IMG/VR virus record: IMGVR_UViG_3300045988_160113 | Coordinates: 32,001 to 96,000 of that record | Length of the DNA stretch: 64,000 bases | Origin: a virus | Direction: 5' to 3' (one strand) | Shown here: positions 1 to 10,953 of the stretch, in pieces | How the letters are laid out: each line of letters opens with the position of its first letter | Numbering within the stretch: position 1 is the first letter of the stretch | Notes under the pieces: generated by a model | Told to the model about the DNA's origin: nothing | The model's input: the letters and a program-made list of their open reading frames with translations, nothing else | The model's database searches: none | Translations under genes and position numbers: made by a program

Positions 1-1
1 T

Positions 2-1123
2 GTTATTGATGAAGACATTGATAGAGTTATTGACTCTATGGAAGAAGCCAATGATAAACAGCAAGAAAATTGGGATAATGTAATTGATAAATTACAAGAG
101 CAATTAGATCAAGATAAGGAAAACGGTAAGTTTATTAGATTGGCTGAACAGAAATTTGAAGAAGGCCCGGAAGCTGTTATGAAACAGTTTGAGATTTTCT
201 TTAGAACTGGGAATACTCCATATTCTCAAGCAGAAATTGACCAAAAACTGAAAGAAGTCCTTGATAAACTTGATAATGCTTTTGAATATTATAATGGTAA
301 TAATCCAGCAGAAAATCCTGGTGGCACTGGTAATAAGAATTATACTCCTATAAAATATTTAGACCCTAATGGTAATGTACAGCAAGGTTATATTTCTTCT
401 GAAGGTAAAACTTATAAAGATAGAGGACTTACTGAAAGAGTCGATGAGGGTAGTATCGTTCCTGATGCGGCAGGCAAACACGCTTGGAAACTAGTCGGAG
501 ATAAGGGTGTTGATGTTACCAATCAACTCACTGATGCGCAAAAAAGAATGCTTGGCATTGGTACTGGTGGTCAAGGTACTTCAAGTAGTAATATTAATAC
601 AAATACTACTACAAGTCGTGCTAAAGTTGCTAATACTGGTGGAAAGGGTGTAAATCTCAGAAGCGGCCCTGGTCAAAATTATAGAAAAGTTGGTGCTTAT
701 TCTGATGGTACTACTGTTACAGTTCTTGATGAATCTAATAGTGCTTGGTGGAAAGTAAAAGTTGGTAATGCTACTGGCTATATGGCTTCTCAATATTTGA
801 AGAAATATTTAAATGGTGGTTTAGTAGATTTTACTGGTCCTGCTTGGGTTGATGGTAGTAAATCTGCTCCTGAAGCTTTCCTTAATGCACAAGATACTCG
901 TAATTTTGCTCAACTGAAAGATATCTTGGCTTCGCTTCTGCGCGCCGACCGTTTCAAAGCAAATGAAGTTACTACTGCGCGTGGAGGAGACTGTACTATT
1001 TATGTTACCGTTGACCAGATTGCTTCTGATTATGATGTTGATGAAGCAGTCGCGCGAATCAAGCAAGAAATTATGAGTGGTAGTGCTTATAGAAATATAA
1101 ATCTTGTGAATCGTCACAGATAA
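2..1123 (+). CDS. Tail tape-measure-like protein, C-terminal part (open at window start) with SH3b-like domain
   Basis: The reading frame is open from nt 2, so the listed ATG at 38 is probably internal. It has a coiled-coil-like N-terminal part and an SH3b-like stretch (GVNLRSGPGQNYRKVGAYSDGTTVTVLDESNSAWWKVKV). It sits directly upstream of Dit- and Tal-like genes. Confidence 0.5.
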   Translation, partial: VIDEDIDRVIDSMEEANDKQQENWDNVIDKLQEQLDQDKENGKFIRLAEQKFEEGPEAVMKQFEIFFRTGNTPYSQAEIDQKLKEVLDKLDNAFEYYNGNNPAENPGGTGNKNYTPIKYLDPNGNVQQGYISSEGKTYKDRGLTERVDEGSIVPDAAGKHAWKLVGDKGVDVTNQLTDAQKRMLGIGTGGQGTSSSNINTNTTTSRAKVANTGGKGVNLRSGPGQNYRKVGAYSDGTTVTVLDESNSAWWKVKVGNATGYMASQYLKKYLNGGLVDFTGPAWVDGSKSAPEAFLNAQDTRNFAQLKDILASLLRADRFKANEVTTARGGDCTIYVTVDQIASDYDVDEAVARIKQEIMSGSAYRNINLVNRHR

Positions 1124-1128
1124 GGAGA

Positions 1129-2046
1129 ATGAAAATGAGAAGTATTGATGAACTTAGACCAATAAGACATAGTGATATGGTTGGTTTTTATTTTGGTGAC
1201 TATCATACCTCTCAATTTGGACTCGTTAGAGTTAGTAGCGGAAACAGGTACACTGAGTACCTGTTTCCAACACTAAAAACCAATACAGTTGATAATAATA
1301 GTATAGATGGAAGTTTATATTTTGGTACAAATAAATCAACTCGTACTTTCCAAATTGATTTGGCTTTTGATGGTGTAACCGAAGATGATTTGAGAGATAT
1401 AAAGGAATGGCTAACTGGTGTCCATCCACTTATTTTTGATGAAAGACCTTATGTCGCTTATACCTGTACTCTTAATAGCGCGCCGCAGATAAAATTTCTA
1501 ACTTTTGATGAAGATGGAGATAGAGTTTATAAAGGTGAAATGAGCATTACTTTTATGAGTTATTTACCATATGGTTATACAATAAAGGGGAAGAAATATA
1601 TTGATGACTTCCTTGATGAAAATTTTGATGAATGGAGTAGTGCTAGTAAATTAGTTTGGAAAGATGGATTAGATGAGTTCAAAGAAGGACAAATAAATTT
1701 ATATAATGGTGGAGATGTAGAAACAGATTACACACTTACTTTCTATACAACTGCGGCAGGAAAAGCTAAAATTATGTTAGGAAGCAATTCTTATGAATTT
1801 ACTTTACCTTCTCCTACCAAAACCCATTTAGAAGTAAAAATAAATTCTAAACTACAACTTGCACAATATAGTAATGTAAAAATTGAAGGTAATAAGGTAA
1901 TAGAAAGTGATAATACTAATACTATATTAATTACTGATTCACTAATTTCCTGTATTCCTACTGGAAAATCTATACTTACATATGAGATAGATAGTTTAGA
2001 TATTAATGCTCCAAATAGTATTGAATATAGATATCGGTTCTTGTAA
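1129..2046 (+). CDS. Distal tail protein (Dit-like, siphovirus tail component)
   Basis: It lies between the TMP-like and Tal-like genes and is about 300 aa. The sequence resembles Sipho_tail family proteins (…RTFQIDLAFDGVTEDDLRDIKEWL…FDERPYVAYTC…). GGAGA SD lies 5 nt before the ATG. Confidence 0.55.
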   Translation: MKMRSIDELRPIRHSDMVGFYFGDYHTSQFGLVRVSSGNRYTEYLFPTLKTNTVDNNSIDGSLYFGTNKSTRTFQIDLAFDGVTEDDLRDIKEWLTGVHPLIFDERPYVAYTCTLNSAPQIKFLTFDEDGDRVYKGEMSITFMSYLPYGYTIKGKKYIDDFLDENFDEWSSASKLVWKDGLDEFKEGQINLYNGGDVETDYTLTFYTTAAGKAKIMLGSNSYEFTLPSPTKTHLEVKINSKLQLAQYSNVKIEGNKVIESDNTNTILITDSLISCIPTGKSILTYEIDSLDINAPNSIEYRYRFL

Positions 2047-2060
2047 AAGGAGTTGATAGA

Positions 2061-5000
2061 ATGAGTGAAGTGATAAAGGAGAAATATGAAATTTCTGTCT
2101 GGCGCGATATATATGAATTGCGCGAAGGACAGACTGAACCAACATGGCATGAAGATAAAATTGCTATTATTGGTAGTGACACAAGAAATGACGCTGCGCG
2201 TGCATTTAATCCTAAGTTAACTTTAGATGTCTATGGACAAGAAAGTTTTGATTTTGATATTTATAGTCGATATTATAATGAAGATGGTATACTAGAAGAA
2301 AATCCCTATTTAGGCTTGCTTTCTAATGAAGTAAAAATAAAGCTTTATTATCGTGAAAAATGGCATGATTTTATTATAAAGAATGCTGAAGAAAGCCATT
2401 CTAATAATTTGGTTATAAAATATAGTTGCCAATCTTTAGCTATATATGAACTTGGTAAAAGTGGTTATGACCTATCTTTTACTGAAGAAAATGAAACCAA
2501 TATCTTTTCTGCTACTGAATTTATGAATAGAACTCTTGAAGGAACTGATTGGACTTTTGATAGAGGTACTGCTAATTTACTTGAAGAGACTTTAGAACCT
2601 GCCTGCCAAGCATCAATTGCTTCTGGAAGTATAACTGGTAGTATTATTGATTATGAATTAGTTAATGGAAAGTATGTTGAGAAACTTATCCCAAATCAGA
2701 CCTTCTCTGCGGATGGTGTGTTTTTGTTTCCTTATAGTGAAACTCAGAAAAATACTGGTCTCGCACGAGGAACTTATGTTACTGATGGGAAGAATATTGA
2801 ATTTGATACTTGGACTTATAAAGTAACTAATGGTGTTAGATGTGAAGTTGAAGCAAAATGGGCATATAATGCTGGAGTTACTAAATATAAAGTTGGTAAA
2901 GTAGTTGGTAATGCTACTCAAGTCTATAATAAATATTTGAAAAGATATGTTTATGTATATGAAAATGCTAATGGTGATAAGTATTATGGTTATGATACTT
3001 ATACTAGTGCACCATATGCATTTGTATATAGAGTAACTGAAAATTCTGTTGGCGTAGTTTTGATGAATGTTCCTGCTAAGGCCGCAGTATTTGATTTTTT
3101 GCTTGATGGAAGAGTAGTTGGTACGCCAAAAGACCACACCAGTGCTTATGAATTTGAAGTATCTGATAATGCACAACATACTTTTAGTATTCAACCATTT
3201 GATAGCAATAATAAACCTTTAGATGAAAAAGGAAATGTAGTTGAATCCGGTGGAGTAAAATATAGTGTTCATGGTTCTGCGGGTGGAACAAATTGGACTA
3301 TTTATGTAAATGATTTGTCTGAACTTGAAGCGTTAGAAAAGTATAATTTTACTACAGTTTATTTCAAAGAAAATGATGAAACTAATATTACTACTTCTCT
3401 TCCTGATGGATATGAACAAGTAAATACTTATGAAAAATATCGTACCATGGAAGTAGAAAATTCAAATAGATTCAATATTACTCAAAGTATTGCTGAAACT
3501 TTTGAAGTTTGGTGCAGGTATATAGTTGAGCATGATAAAACTGGTCATATTATTAGTAAAAAAGTAACTTTGGCAGATGAATTTGGTCAAGACAATGTAG
3601 TTGGTTTTAGATATGGTATTAATTTAACTAAGGTAAATAGAACAGTAACAAGTGAAGAATTGGTTACCAAACTTTATGTTGAAGAGTTAGAAAACTCTGC
3701 CGCCACTGATGGTTGGTGTTCTATTACTACTGCTGTATTGAACCCAAGTAGAGAGAATTTTTTGCTTGATTTTACTTATTTTATAGATAATGGTATGATA
3801 AGTGAAGAAACTTTACAAAAGGAAATTTTTGGTTCTACTGGATATTATAGTGTATTGAGAAATTTGAATAATCAATATGAGACTTTGATAAATACTAAAT
3901 TTGGCTATGGTGATAATAGTTTAGTAAATAGAAAATTGACTCTTATATCCGAAATTCAATTAGAACAGTCAAAACTATATGCAGCGCAGGAAACTTTAAA
4001 TGAAATGGACGCAAAAGGAGAAACAGGTAACCAAGAAAAATATTTAAACATTATTTCTACTACACAAGCAAATATTGAATTGAAAGAAAAAGAGTTAGTG
4101 AGTGTAAATAATTCTTTAGAGAAATATGAAAAAGATTTACAAGATATTTTGAAAAAGAAAAAACTTGCTAATGAAAATTTTTATAAGAAATTCTCTCGTT
4201 TTATTCAAGAGGGGACTTGGACTGGCGAGAATTATATAGATGCTAATGTTTATTTCTTTGATGCTCAAAAAGTTATTGCGCGTGGAGCACAACCTAAAGT
4301 GAACTATAGTTTAGATGTAATTGATGTAAGTTCTTTAGTTGACAATGAAACTGGTTGGAGTTATTCTCCTTATGCTTTCAAAGTTGGTGATATTTCAAGC
4401 ATTATTGATACTCAGTATTTTGGTTATATAGATAAAGCTAAAACAAAACCAAAAAAAGAAAAAGTAGTTGTTTCTGAAGTTACTTATATGTTAGATAATC
4501 CTGAAAAGAATTCATTACAAATTCAGAATTATTCAACTCAATTTCAAGATTTATTCCAAAGATTGAATGCTTCAGTTCAGTCTTTAGAGTTGAATAAGAA
4601 CACTTATGCTAAATCTGAAAATTTTACTGGCAAAGGCGCGCTAACTTTAGAATCTTTACAAGAGAGTTTTGATAAAAATAAGCAACTAGCATTCTCTAAT
4701 GTAGATTCAAAAATTACATATGACAACACTGGTATTACATTGTCAACTAATGGAATTGATGATAAAACCGGTGAGACTATAGAAAATAAATATCAGGTCA
4801 AACTTGTTGGCGGTGGCATCATACTTTCAAATGACGGTGGACAAACTTGGAAAACTGGTATTTATGGTGGAGAAATAAATACGGCTCTTCTGCGCGCAGG
4901 ACAAATTGACGCAGAACTGATAAATATAATGATGGGCACTGTTCCTACATTTAAGTGGGATAAAGATGGTCTAGTTGCCTATGGACAGACGACTGATAAA

Positions 5001-5981
5001 GAAGGAAAAACTGTTGTTGTAAAAACCGGACAAAGGGTTGTGTTTGATGGTAAAGGTATTAGAGGGTATTATGAAAAAGGGGAAAATGATACTTATAATA
5101 CACCTAATTTTTCACTTACACATGATGGATTGACAATAGATAATCCTTATGATCATACTATGGATAGAGTTCCTGTTATTTCTGTAAATGGTAAAGCTAA
5201 TCCAGATAATGAAGGACATTCACATAAATTTATTGTTTATAACGATGGTTCTCTTGAAGCATATAATGGCACTTTTACTGGTACGATAAATGGTGTTGAT
5301 GGTATTTTTAGTGGAACTGTTACTGCGGCAGAGTTTAAAGGAATGAATCGTGGTAAATTGATTGGCCCAGAATTGATGGTTGGCTTAAAGAGTGGCGCTT
5401 CGAGTGTGTCTGAAAATGGAGAAGATTATAATTTCTGGGTTGATAGTAATGGTAATGTAAAAATTACTGGCGGTAGTATTTCTTTTAAGGCTTTTGATGA
5501 TGATGCTAAAAACACTATAAATGGTAAAGTGGATAATACTACTTTTGAGACTGCTATAGATAATATAAATACTACTATAAATGGTTTACCACGAATACCT
5601 GATTATATTAAAGAAACTTATATTGATGCTACTAAAATTGAATCTCCAACTATTATTGGTAATAATATTAAAGTTCATGGTAGTTTCCAAACTTTAGCTA
5701 CTACAGAAGAATTTTCAATTGCTACCGGTTATATGGGATATGCCCAAGGTTCTATGTCTGATGCTAATGGTAATGTAACTCTTACACAGGGTGTAGGTAT
5801 TAGTACAAGTAGTGGCACGATTACAGATACTACCACTTTTCCCTATGTTATTGTAACTACCGCAGGCGCGCGAATGAGTGCCGGTGGTGGAGGGCTGCTT
5901 GTATCAAATGGGTATGCTTACTTCAAAGAGAATAATGGAAATTGGCAGAGGATTGGTAGCGGAAAGGCGGTGTTTGGATAA
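2061..5981 (+). CDS. Tail-associated/tail-tip protein (Tal-like minor structural protein), 1306 aa
   Basis: A giant ORF directly after Dit, with a long central coiled-coil segment and a beta-rich C-terminus. The gene order TMP-Dit-Tal supports the call. Confidence 0.55.
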   Translation: MSEVIKEKYEISVWRDIYELREGQTEPTWHEDKIAIIGSDTRNDAARAFNPKLTLDVYGQESFDFDIYSRYYNEDGILEENPYLGLLSNEVKIKLYYREKWHDFIIKNAEESHSNNLVIKYSCQSLAIYELGKSGYDLSFTEENETNIFSATEFMNRTLEGTDWTFDRGTANLLEETLEPACQASIASGSITGSIIDYELVNGKYVEKLIPNQTFSADGVFLFPYSETQKNTGLARGTYVTDGKNIEFDTWTYKVTNGVRCEVEAKWAYNAGVTKYKVGKVVGNATQVYNKYLKRYVYVYENANGDKYYGYDTYTSAPYAFVYRVTENSVGVVLMNVPAKAAVFDFLLDGRVVGTPKDHTSAYEFEVSDNAQHTFSIQPFDSNNKPLDEKGNVVESGGVKYSVHGSAGGTNWTIYVNDLSELEALEKYNFTTVYFKENDETNITTSLPDGYEQVNTYEKYRTMEVENSNRFNITQSIAETFEVWCRYIVEHDKTGHIISKKVTLADEFGQDNVVGFRYGINLTKVNRTVTSEELVTKLYVEELENSAATDGWCSITTAVLNPSRENFLLDFTYFIDNGMISEETLQKEIFGSTGYYSVLRNLNNQYETLINTKFGYGDNSLVNRKLTLISEIQLEQSKLYAAQETLNEMDAKGETGNQEKYLNIISTTQANIELKEKELVSVNNSLEKYEKDLQDILKKKKLANENFYKKFSRFIQEGTWTGENYIDANVYFFDAQKVIARGAQPKVNYSLDVIDVSSLVDNETGWSYSPYAFKVGDISSIIDTQYFGYIDKAKTKPKKEKVVVSEVTYMLDNPEKNSLQIQNYSTQFQDLFQRLNASVQSLELNKNTYAKSENFTGKGALTLESLQESFDKNKQLAFSNVDSKITYDNTGITLSTNGIDDKTGETIENKYQVKLVGGGIILSNDGGQTWKTGIYGGEINTALLRAGQIDAELINIMMGTVPTFKWDKDGLVAYGQTTDKEGKTVVVKTGQRVVFDGKGIRGYYEKGENDTYNTPNFSLTHDGLTIDNPYDHTMDRVPVISVNGKANPDNEGHSHKFIVYNDGSLEAYNGTFTGTINGVDGIFSGTVTAAEFKGMNRGKLIGPELMVGLKSGASSVSENGEDYNFWVDSNGNVKITGGSISFKAFDDDAKNTINGKVDNTTFETAIDNINTTINGLPRIPDYIKETYIDATKIESPTIIGNNIKVHGSFQTLATTEEFSIATGYMGYAQGSMSDANGNVTLTQGVGISTSSGTITDTTTFPYVIVTTAGARMSAGGGGLLVSNGYAYFKENNGNWQRIGSGKAVFG

Positions 5982-8350
5982 TGGCTGTTTCTTTTTCAAT
6001 TAGTAATATTACCTCATCATCCTTTAGAGTTAATATTGATGGTACGAATTCATCAACGTACCGATATATTCGAATCTTTGCTAAAGAAACATTATCTGGA
6101 CAAACGGTCCATGATAATAAATGGATCGATAGTCGAGGGTCAAATCTTTCAGATAACATCACTGGTTTATCTGCGAATACATCCTATACCGTAAATGTTT
6201 CATATAATTCTACTAATAGCGCGACTGGATCGACGTGGGTTGGGGGGCAAACAGTTACAACTGGTAGTAGTGGCGGCGGGGGAGGAAGCGAAACAGTAAC
6301 TTATTGGTATTATTTTCGATATCAATTAAGTGATGGAACTTATATATCTTCTTCTGCTCCTTTTTCTAAATCTACTAGTGCTGGACGTATTGTTATACCT
6401 GTTTCTGAGTCTAGCGCACCGAGTGGATATAGTAAAAGTGGTATATATGGAGTTTATAGTGGCGACGCTTCTTATAATTCAAGTGATAGAAAATGGACTG
6501 TTTATGATACAGGTTATCCTGGTGCAGCATTGTCTGTAACTTGTTATGAGACTTCTGTTACTTATTATTATTATTTTCGTTATGAACTTAGTGACGGTAC
6601 TTATATACGTTCTTCTGCCCAATTTTCAAAAACGAGCGGAGCTGGCAGAATTAAAGTCCCCCATTCTGAGGCTTCCGCACCTACTGGTTATAAAATTACT
6701 GGTAAGTATGGAGTATTTAATAATTCTGGAGCTATTTATAATAGTAGTACAGGTAGGTGGACAGTTAGCACTACTTCCGCTCCTGGGGCAGGTTTGATAG
6801 TTTATTGTAGACCAATAACTTATACAGCAAATATTATTTATTATGCCAATGGAGCCGGAGGAAATTCCTCTCATACTCAAACGGTATCTGGGACATCAGC
6901 TACACTTTCTTTTACGGCATTAGTTCCACTAAAATGTGGTTTTACTGCCCCAACAGGAAAAACTTTTGGTGGATGGGGAATTTCTTCAAGCTCTATAAGT
7001 GCCTCTTATAATGCTGGTACTTCATATAATATAAATGCTAATAGTTATTTAAAATTATATGCTATTTGGGGATATACTTATGAAGCAAAATGGTATGATT
7101 TGAAAGCTCAAAGTACTCCTATTCGTTCAGATAGCTATAAGACTGCTAGATCTACTTGGTCTTTTACTGCTCCTTCTCGTTCTATGACAGGTTATGATTT
7201 TGTAGGATGGTATGATGGCTATAGCGGGAATAATGGTACAGGAACCTTATTGGTAAGCGCTGGTGAAGATATAAATTTACCCTATAAAAACTCTCGTTCT
7301 TGGTATTTATATGCGCGATGGTTAGTTCATACTTATATTATTTCTTTCTATGCCAATGGCGGTTTTGGCACAATGAATTCAATAACTAATTGTACATATG
7401 GAACCAGCTATACTCTTCCTAAAAATCAATTTACTCGTAATTATACAATAACTCTTGACTATAATTACGACAATAAAAAAGTTACTAAAAATGCTGAATG
7501 CCCGTTCTTATATTGGTCTTATAATAATAAAACTTATAAAGACCAAGCCACAGTAAAAAATTTAGCGGATAGTGGTACTGCTACACTTTATGCTCAATGG
7601 GGCAATTATAGTGTAGAACTTCCAACTTTGATTCGTTCTGGGTATGTATTCCTTGGTTGGTTTACTTCTGCAACTGGTGGTTCACAGGTAAATTCGCCTA
7701 TTACTGGAATGTCAGATAGAACTTTTTACGCCCATTGGAAAGAAGACGTAATTTCTCCTATAATTAGCAATGTATCTCATACAGATACAACTATTACAAT
7801 TTCCCTAAATCGTAATAATGCTACTACTGGTTCTTGGATTATCGAAGCATCTCTTTCTAATTTTGGCACAGTTGTATATACTAAAACAATTACAAGCACT
7901 ACTCAAACCACAATAACCTTAACCGACCTTACGCCAGAAACAACTTACTATATTCGCGCGCGGCACGTAAATGGTGGTATCTCAGCAAGTTCAAATGTTA
8001 TCTCTGCTACAACACGAACTTCAACTTTCCAGTGGACTTCTAATGATAGTGTTTATGTTATTAAAAGTGCAGTATTCACAGATGCCATTACTGCGGCAAA
8101 ATGGAATGAACTAATCAAAAAAGTAAATTGGTGTCGTGGAAGAAAAGGTTGGCCAACTGCTTCTTTGAATAGTGCTGTTTCAGGACAACCAATATTAGCT
8201 ACTAATTTTACTGCTATGCGAAATGCTATTGCAGATATGCATCCAGTTACTCCTGCGCGCAGCGCGGGTGATGAAATTTTAGCAACTTATTTTGCAAATT
8301 CAGATACAAGTCTAAAATCAGCAATAAATGCTGTTATTACTACTTTATGA
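5981..8350 (+). CDS. Tail appendage/adhesin-like protein with FN3 domains and Listeria-Bacteroides-type (F/Y-x-GW) repeats
   Basis: FN3-like segments occur at the N-terminus and near residue 590 (…TITLTDLTPETTYYIRARHVNGG…). GYxFxGW motifs repeat (GKTFGGWG, GYDFVGWY, GYVFLGWF). The start overlaps the previous stop (TAATG). Confidence 0.5.
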   Translation: MAVSFSISNITSSSFRVNIDGTNSSTYRYIRIFAKETLSGQTVHDNKWIDSRGSNLSDNITGLSANTSYTVNVSYNSTNSATGSTWVGGQTVTTGSSGGGGGSETVTYWYYFRYQLSDGTYISSSAPFSKSTSAGRIVIPVSESSAPSGYSKSGIYGVYSGDASYNSSDRKWTVYDTGYPGAALSVTCYETSVTYYYYFRYELSDGTYIRSSAQFSKTSGAGRIKVPHSEASAPTGYKITGKYGVFNNSGAIYNSSTGRWTVSTTSAPGAGLIVYCRPITYTANIIYYANGAGGNSSHTQTVSGTSATLSFTALVPLKCGFTAPTGKTFGGWGISSSSISASYNAGTSYNINANSYLKLYAIWGYTYEAKWYDLKAQSTPIRSDSYKTARSTWSFTAPSRSMTGYDFVGWYDGYSGNNGTGTLLVSAGEDINLPYKNSRSWYLYARWLVHTYIISFYANGGFGTMNSITNCTYGTSYTLPKNQFTRNYTITLDYNYDNKKVTKNAECPFLYWSYNNKTYKDQATVKNLADSGTATLYAQWGNYSVELPTLIRSGYVFLGWFTSATGGSQVNSPITGMSDRTFYAHWKEDVISPIISNVSHTDTTITISLNRNNATTGSWIIEASLSNFGTVVYTKTITSTTQTTITLTDLTPETTYYIRARHVNGGISASSNVISATTRTSTFQWTSNDSVYVIKSAVFTDAITAAKWNELIKKVNWCRGRKGWPTASLNSAVSGQPILATNFTAMRNAIADMHPVTPARSAGDEILATYFANSDTSLKSAINAVITTL
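6299..6820 (+). repeat. Tandem in-frame duplication, 2 x ~261 nt (87 aa), inside CDS 5981-8350
   Basis: Copy 1 starts at 6299 (TYWYYFRYQLSDGTYISSSAPFSKSTSAGRIVIP…). Copy 2 starts at 6560 (TYYYYFRYELSDGTYIRSSAQFSKTSGAGRIKVP…). Confidence 0.8.
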
Positions 8351-8361
8351 GGTGAATAAAA

Positions 8362-8673
8362 ATGGCAAAAGAAACTTATGCTACCATTTATTTTGATAAG
8401 GATATGACTACAGAAAAAAGTTTTGGATTTGATTCTTTCAATGAAAATCTTCTTGGAAATACCATGTCTATTTCAATTAGATATAGTGAAGATGAAAGAA
8501 GTGGTATCCCTGACTTTTCAGAATTCAAAAATTTAGCATTTTCAAAAATTGATATTCTTGATAGAGAAAATAATAAGATTCCTTATTTTGGTTCTTATAC
8601 TCATATTGATGATATCAATATCAATTATTATGGCCCAGATAATGTTTATAGTGTAAATATGTCTTTGGTGTAA
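8362..8673 (+). CDS. Hypothetical protein (103 aa)
   Basis: ORF with GAGGTGA SD upstream, in the same operon as the tail genes. Confidence 0.6.
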   Translation: MAKETYATIYFDKDMTTEKSFGFDSFNENLLGNTMSISIRYSEDERSGIPDFSEFKNLAFSKIDILDRENNKIPYFGSYTHIDDININYYGPDNVYSVNMSLV

Positions 8674-8695
8674 TTATAAAAGGAGTGAAAGGAGT

Positions 8696-9055
8696 ATGAC
8701 AATAAAAGAAATCAATAAAGTAAGTAACTTTTTGACTAAATATCTTGATAAAGAACTCCCCGCGCGCTTGTCATTTTCTATTGCTAAATTTTGTTTGAGT
8801 GCAGAAGATAATCAAAAATTATTTGCTGAAAAGAATTTACTTTTAGCCAAAAAATATGGAGAACAAAATGAAGATGGGAATTATATCATTCCACAAGATA
8901 AAATTCCCGAATTTACAAAAGAATACAATGACCTTGAGAATATTGATATTCCAGAAGTAAGTCTTTCTCTTAGCTTTGAAGATTTAGAGAAGTTAGAGCT
9001 TACTCCGCGTGAATTTGCTATTCTTATGCCATATATTATAGGAGCAGTAGACTAA
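8696..9055 (+). CDS. Hypothetical protein (119 aa)
   Basis: ORF with AAGGAG SD, followed by a terminator hairpin. Confidence 0.6.
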   Translation: MTIKEINKVSNFLTKYLDKELPARLSFSIAKFCLSAEDNQKLFAEKNLLLAKKYGEQNEDGNYIIPQDKIPEFTKEYNDLENIDIPEVSLSLSFEDLEKLELTPREFAILMPYIIGAVD

Positions 9056-9075
9056 AGTCTACTGCTCTTTATATT
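9043..9075 (+). terminator. Rho-independent terminator ending the tail operon
   Basis: Inverted repeat AGCAGTAGACT / AGTCTACTGCT (9043-9066) followed by a T-rich tract. Confidence 0.65.
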
Positions 9076-9196
9076 TTCTATACATGAATAAAAAATTCAT
9101 AAATAAAATTCAAAGTTGGACGTAAACTCAAGTTTTTATCATAGTTTGTGAATAAAAATTCCTCTTATATATAGAAGGGAAAAAGGAGGTAATAAA

Positions 9197-9592
9197 ATGG
9201 GACCACAAAATATTACATACCCTGGTGCTCCTAAACCGATGAATCAAGGAGCCTTTCAACCACAGCAATATTTCCCTATGCCGCAAGGTAATGTTTATAC
9301 TATTGAACAACCTGAAGAAGTGAATAGTGTGCCTTGTGGAACTGGTGTTTCAGTAGCACTTTGTTTGAATAAAGGATTGATGTATATAAAATCAATTCAA
9401 GGTGGCTCTCCACTATTTTGGGTTTATAAAATTAGTCCGGCAATGGAAACACCACCAACCCCGCCAATTGAGAAAAAGGAAATTCAAGCGGATCGAGTCG
9501 CAAGGCTTGAAGAGAAAATTGACAAGCTCTTAAAGGAGGTAAATTCGAATGGCGAATCAAAGTCCCAACCTACTAAATTGGTTATTGACTAA
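9197..9592 (+). CDS. Hypothetical Pro/Gln-rich protein (131 aa)
   Basis: AAGGAGG SD lies 8 nt upstream. This is the first gene of the terminator-bounded cassette 9.1-12.6 kb. Confidence 0.6.
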   Translation: MGPQNITYPGAPKPMNQGAFQPQQYFPMPQGNVYTIEQPEEVNSVPCGTGVSVALCLNKGLMYIKSIQGGSPLFWVYKISPAMETPPTPPIEKKEIQADRVARLEEKIDKLLKEVNSNGESKSQPTKLVID

Positions 9593-9776
9593 TGGTACTA
9601 TGTCAAATATGAATGTACCAACAGCTCAGCAGCCAATAAATCACGCACAATTTCAGCAATTTATACCAAAAATTACTGACGAAAATCTAAAACAGTTGGT
9701 AAACCAAGCCCGCCAGCAAGGTATTAGTGAAGAACAAATAAAACAGGGTTTGGAATTTGTGATGAATATGAGATAG
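9549..9776 (+). CDS. Hypothetical protein (75 aa)
   Basis: AAGGAGG SD lies 9 nt upstream of the ATG at 9549. It overlaps the end of the previous ORF and ends in TAG. Confidence 0.5.
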   Translation: MANQSPNLLNWLLTNGTMSNMNVPTAQQPINHAQFQQFIPKITDENLKQLVNQARQQGISEEQIKQGLEFVMNMR

Positions 9777-9843
9777 CAATAATTCTCCGGCGCGCAGAGA
9801 AAAGTTGATTATCTTATAATATATTTTTTGGAGGAAAGAGAAA

Positions 9844-9922
9844 ATGGATGGTAATATGTCTCCCGCCGATATTATGGCACTAACTAATGGTAATGAAAAT
9901 AACGCTATGTGGTCAAATCCTT
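9844..9922 (+). CDS. Exon 1 of the intron-split gene (MDGNMSPADIMALTNGNENNAMWSNP…)
   Basis: GGAGG SD lies 9 nt before the ATG at 9844. The short ORF runs straight into group I intron sequence. The exact 5' splice site (9921 or 9922) is uncertain. Confidence 0.5.
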
Positions 9923-10945
9923 GACAAATGTATTATTTTTGTATAATTTAGTCCACACTTCTCTACTTATAGGTAGAGGTGATGAGGATGACAGGAATTT
10001 ATAAAATAACTTGCACTGTCACAAATGAGTGTTATATCGGGCAAAGTACTTCTATTTCAAGAAGATGGTGTACTCATAAAAGAGAATTAAGACAGGGAGT
10101 ACATTATAATAAACACTTACAAAGAGCATATGACTTATATGGAAAAGAAAATTTTACTTATGAAATTTTAGAATTATGCTCAAAAGATAAGTTGAATGAA
10201 CGAGAAAAATTTTATATAAAATTATTTGATAGTCATAATAATGGTTTTAATCAAGATGATGGCGGATGCGATATAAATGGAGAAAAAAATCCTATGTATG
10301 GTGTTAAAGGAAAAGATGCTCCACGCTTTATTGATTATATTTTGCAAATTGATAAACAAGGTAATATAGTTGGTAAACATGAAAGTTCTATCGCGGCCGC
10401 GCAAGCAGTCAATGGAAGTTCAAGCCATATACTTTGTTGTATAAAGACTTGGAAAGGTGAAAGTAACCATCAGAATGGTTATGAAGTACACCGTTATTAT
10501 CATAAAGATTATCAATGGATTTATGAAAAAGATTATAATCTATTAAAAGATTATTGGGATTTTTCTACTGTTCGTTCAAAATATAAACCGTTTATAACTA
10601 CTCAAAATTATATAGAATATACAAAGGGACTCTAAGTAGCGATACTTAGATGGTATCTTGTGAACTGCTGGGAATTCCATTATGGACAATCAGCAGCCAA
10701 GCCGCGAAAGCGGAAGGTTCAACGACTATCCTGATGCTATATAACCACGTTAAATAAATATATAGCTAAGCCGTGAGATACGGCAATAGGAGTACGGCCC
10801 AAGAGGGTGGGTGAAATTCCCTTAAATGGAAGCGCAAGACAACTCTCGTAGTTGGAGATATAGTCTGTTCTTTATAGTAATATAAAGAGAATAACGGAAT
10901 CGGTTATTCGTAACGTAAAGTTTGTATACCTAATCTGGATTTGGG
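9923..10945 (+). mobile_element. Group I intron carrying a GIY-YIG homing endonuclease ORF (boundaries approximate)
   Basis: About 315 nt of non-coding, hairpin-rich RNA follows the endonuclease ORF. It contains the conserved group I core element AGATATAGTC (10856-10865). Coding sequence with a good SD lies on the 5' side, and the 3' side is open in frame into CDS 10954-11529 from 10864. Confidence 0.6.
9988..10635 (+). CDS. GIY-YIG homing endonuclease (intron-encoded)
   Basis: Motifs GIYKITC…CYIGQS, R (SRRW), E (EREKFYI) and N (GFN). The ATG at 9988 is better spaced from GAGGTGA than the GTG listed at 9979. Confidence 0.8.
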   Translation: MTGIYKITCTVTNECYIGQSTSISRRWCTHKRELRQGVHYNKHLQRAYDLYGKENFTYEILELCSKDKLNEREKFYIKLFDSHNNGFNQDDGGCDINGEKNPMYGVKGKDAPRFIDYILQIDKQGNIVGKHESSIAAAQAVNGSSSHILCCIKTWKGESNHQNGYEVHRYYHKDYQWIYEKDYNLLKDYWDFSTVRSKYKPFITTQNYIEYTKGL

Positions 10946-10953
10946 CGCTCCGT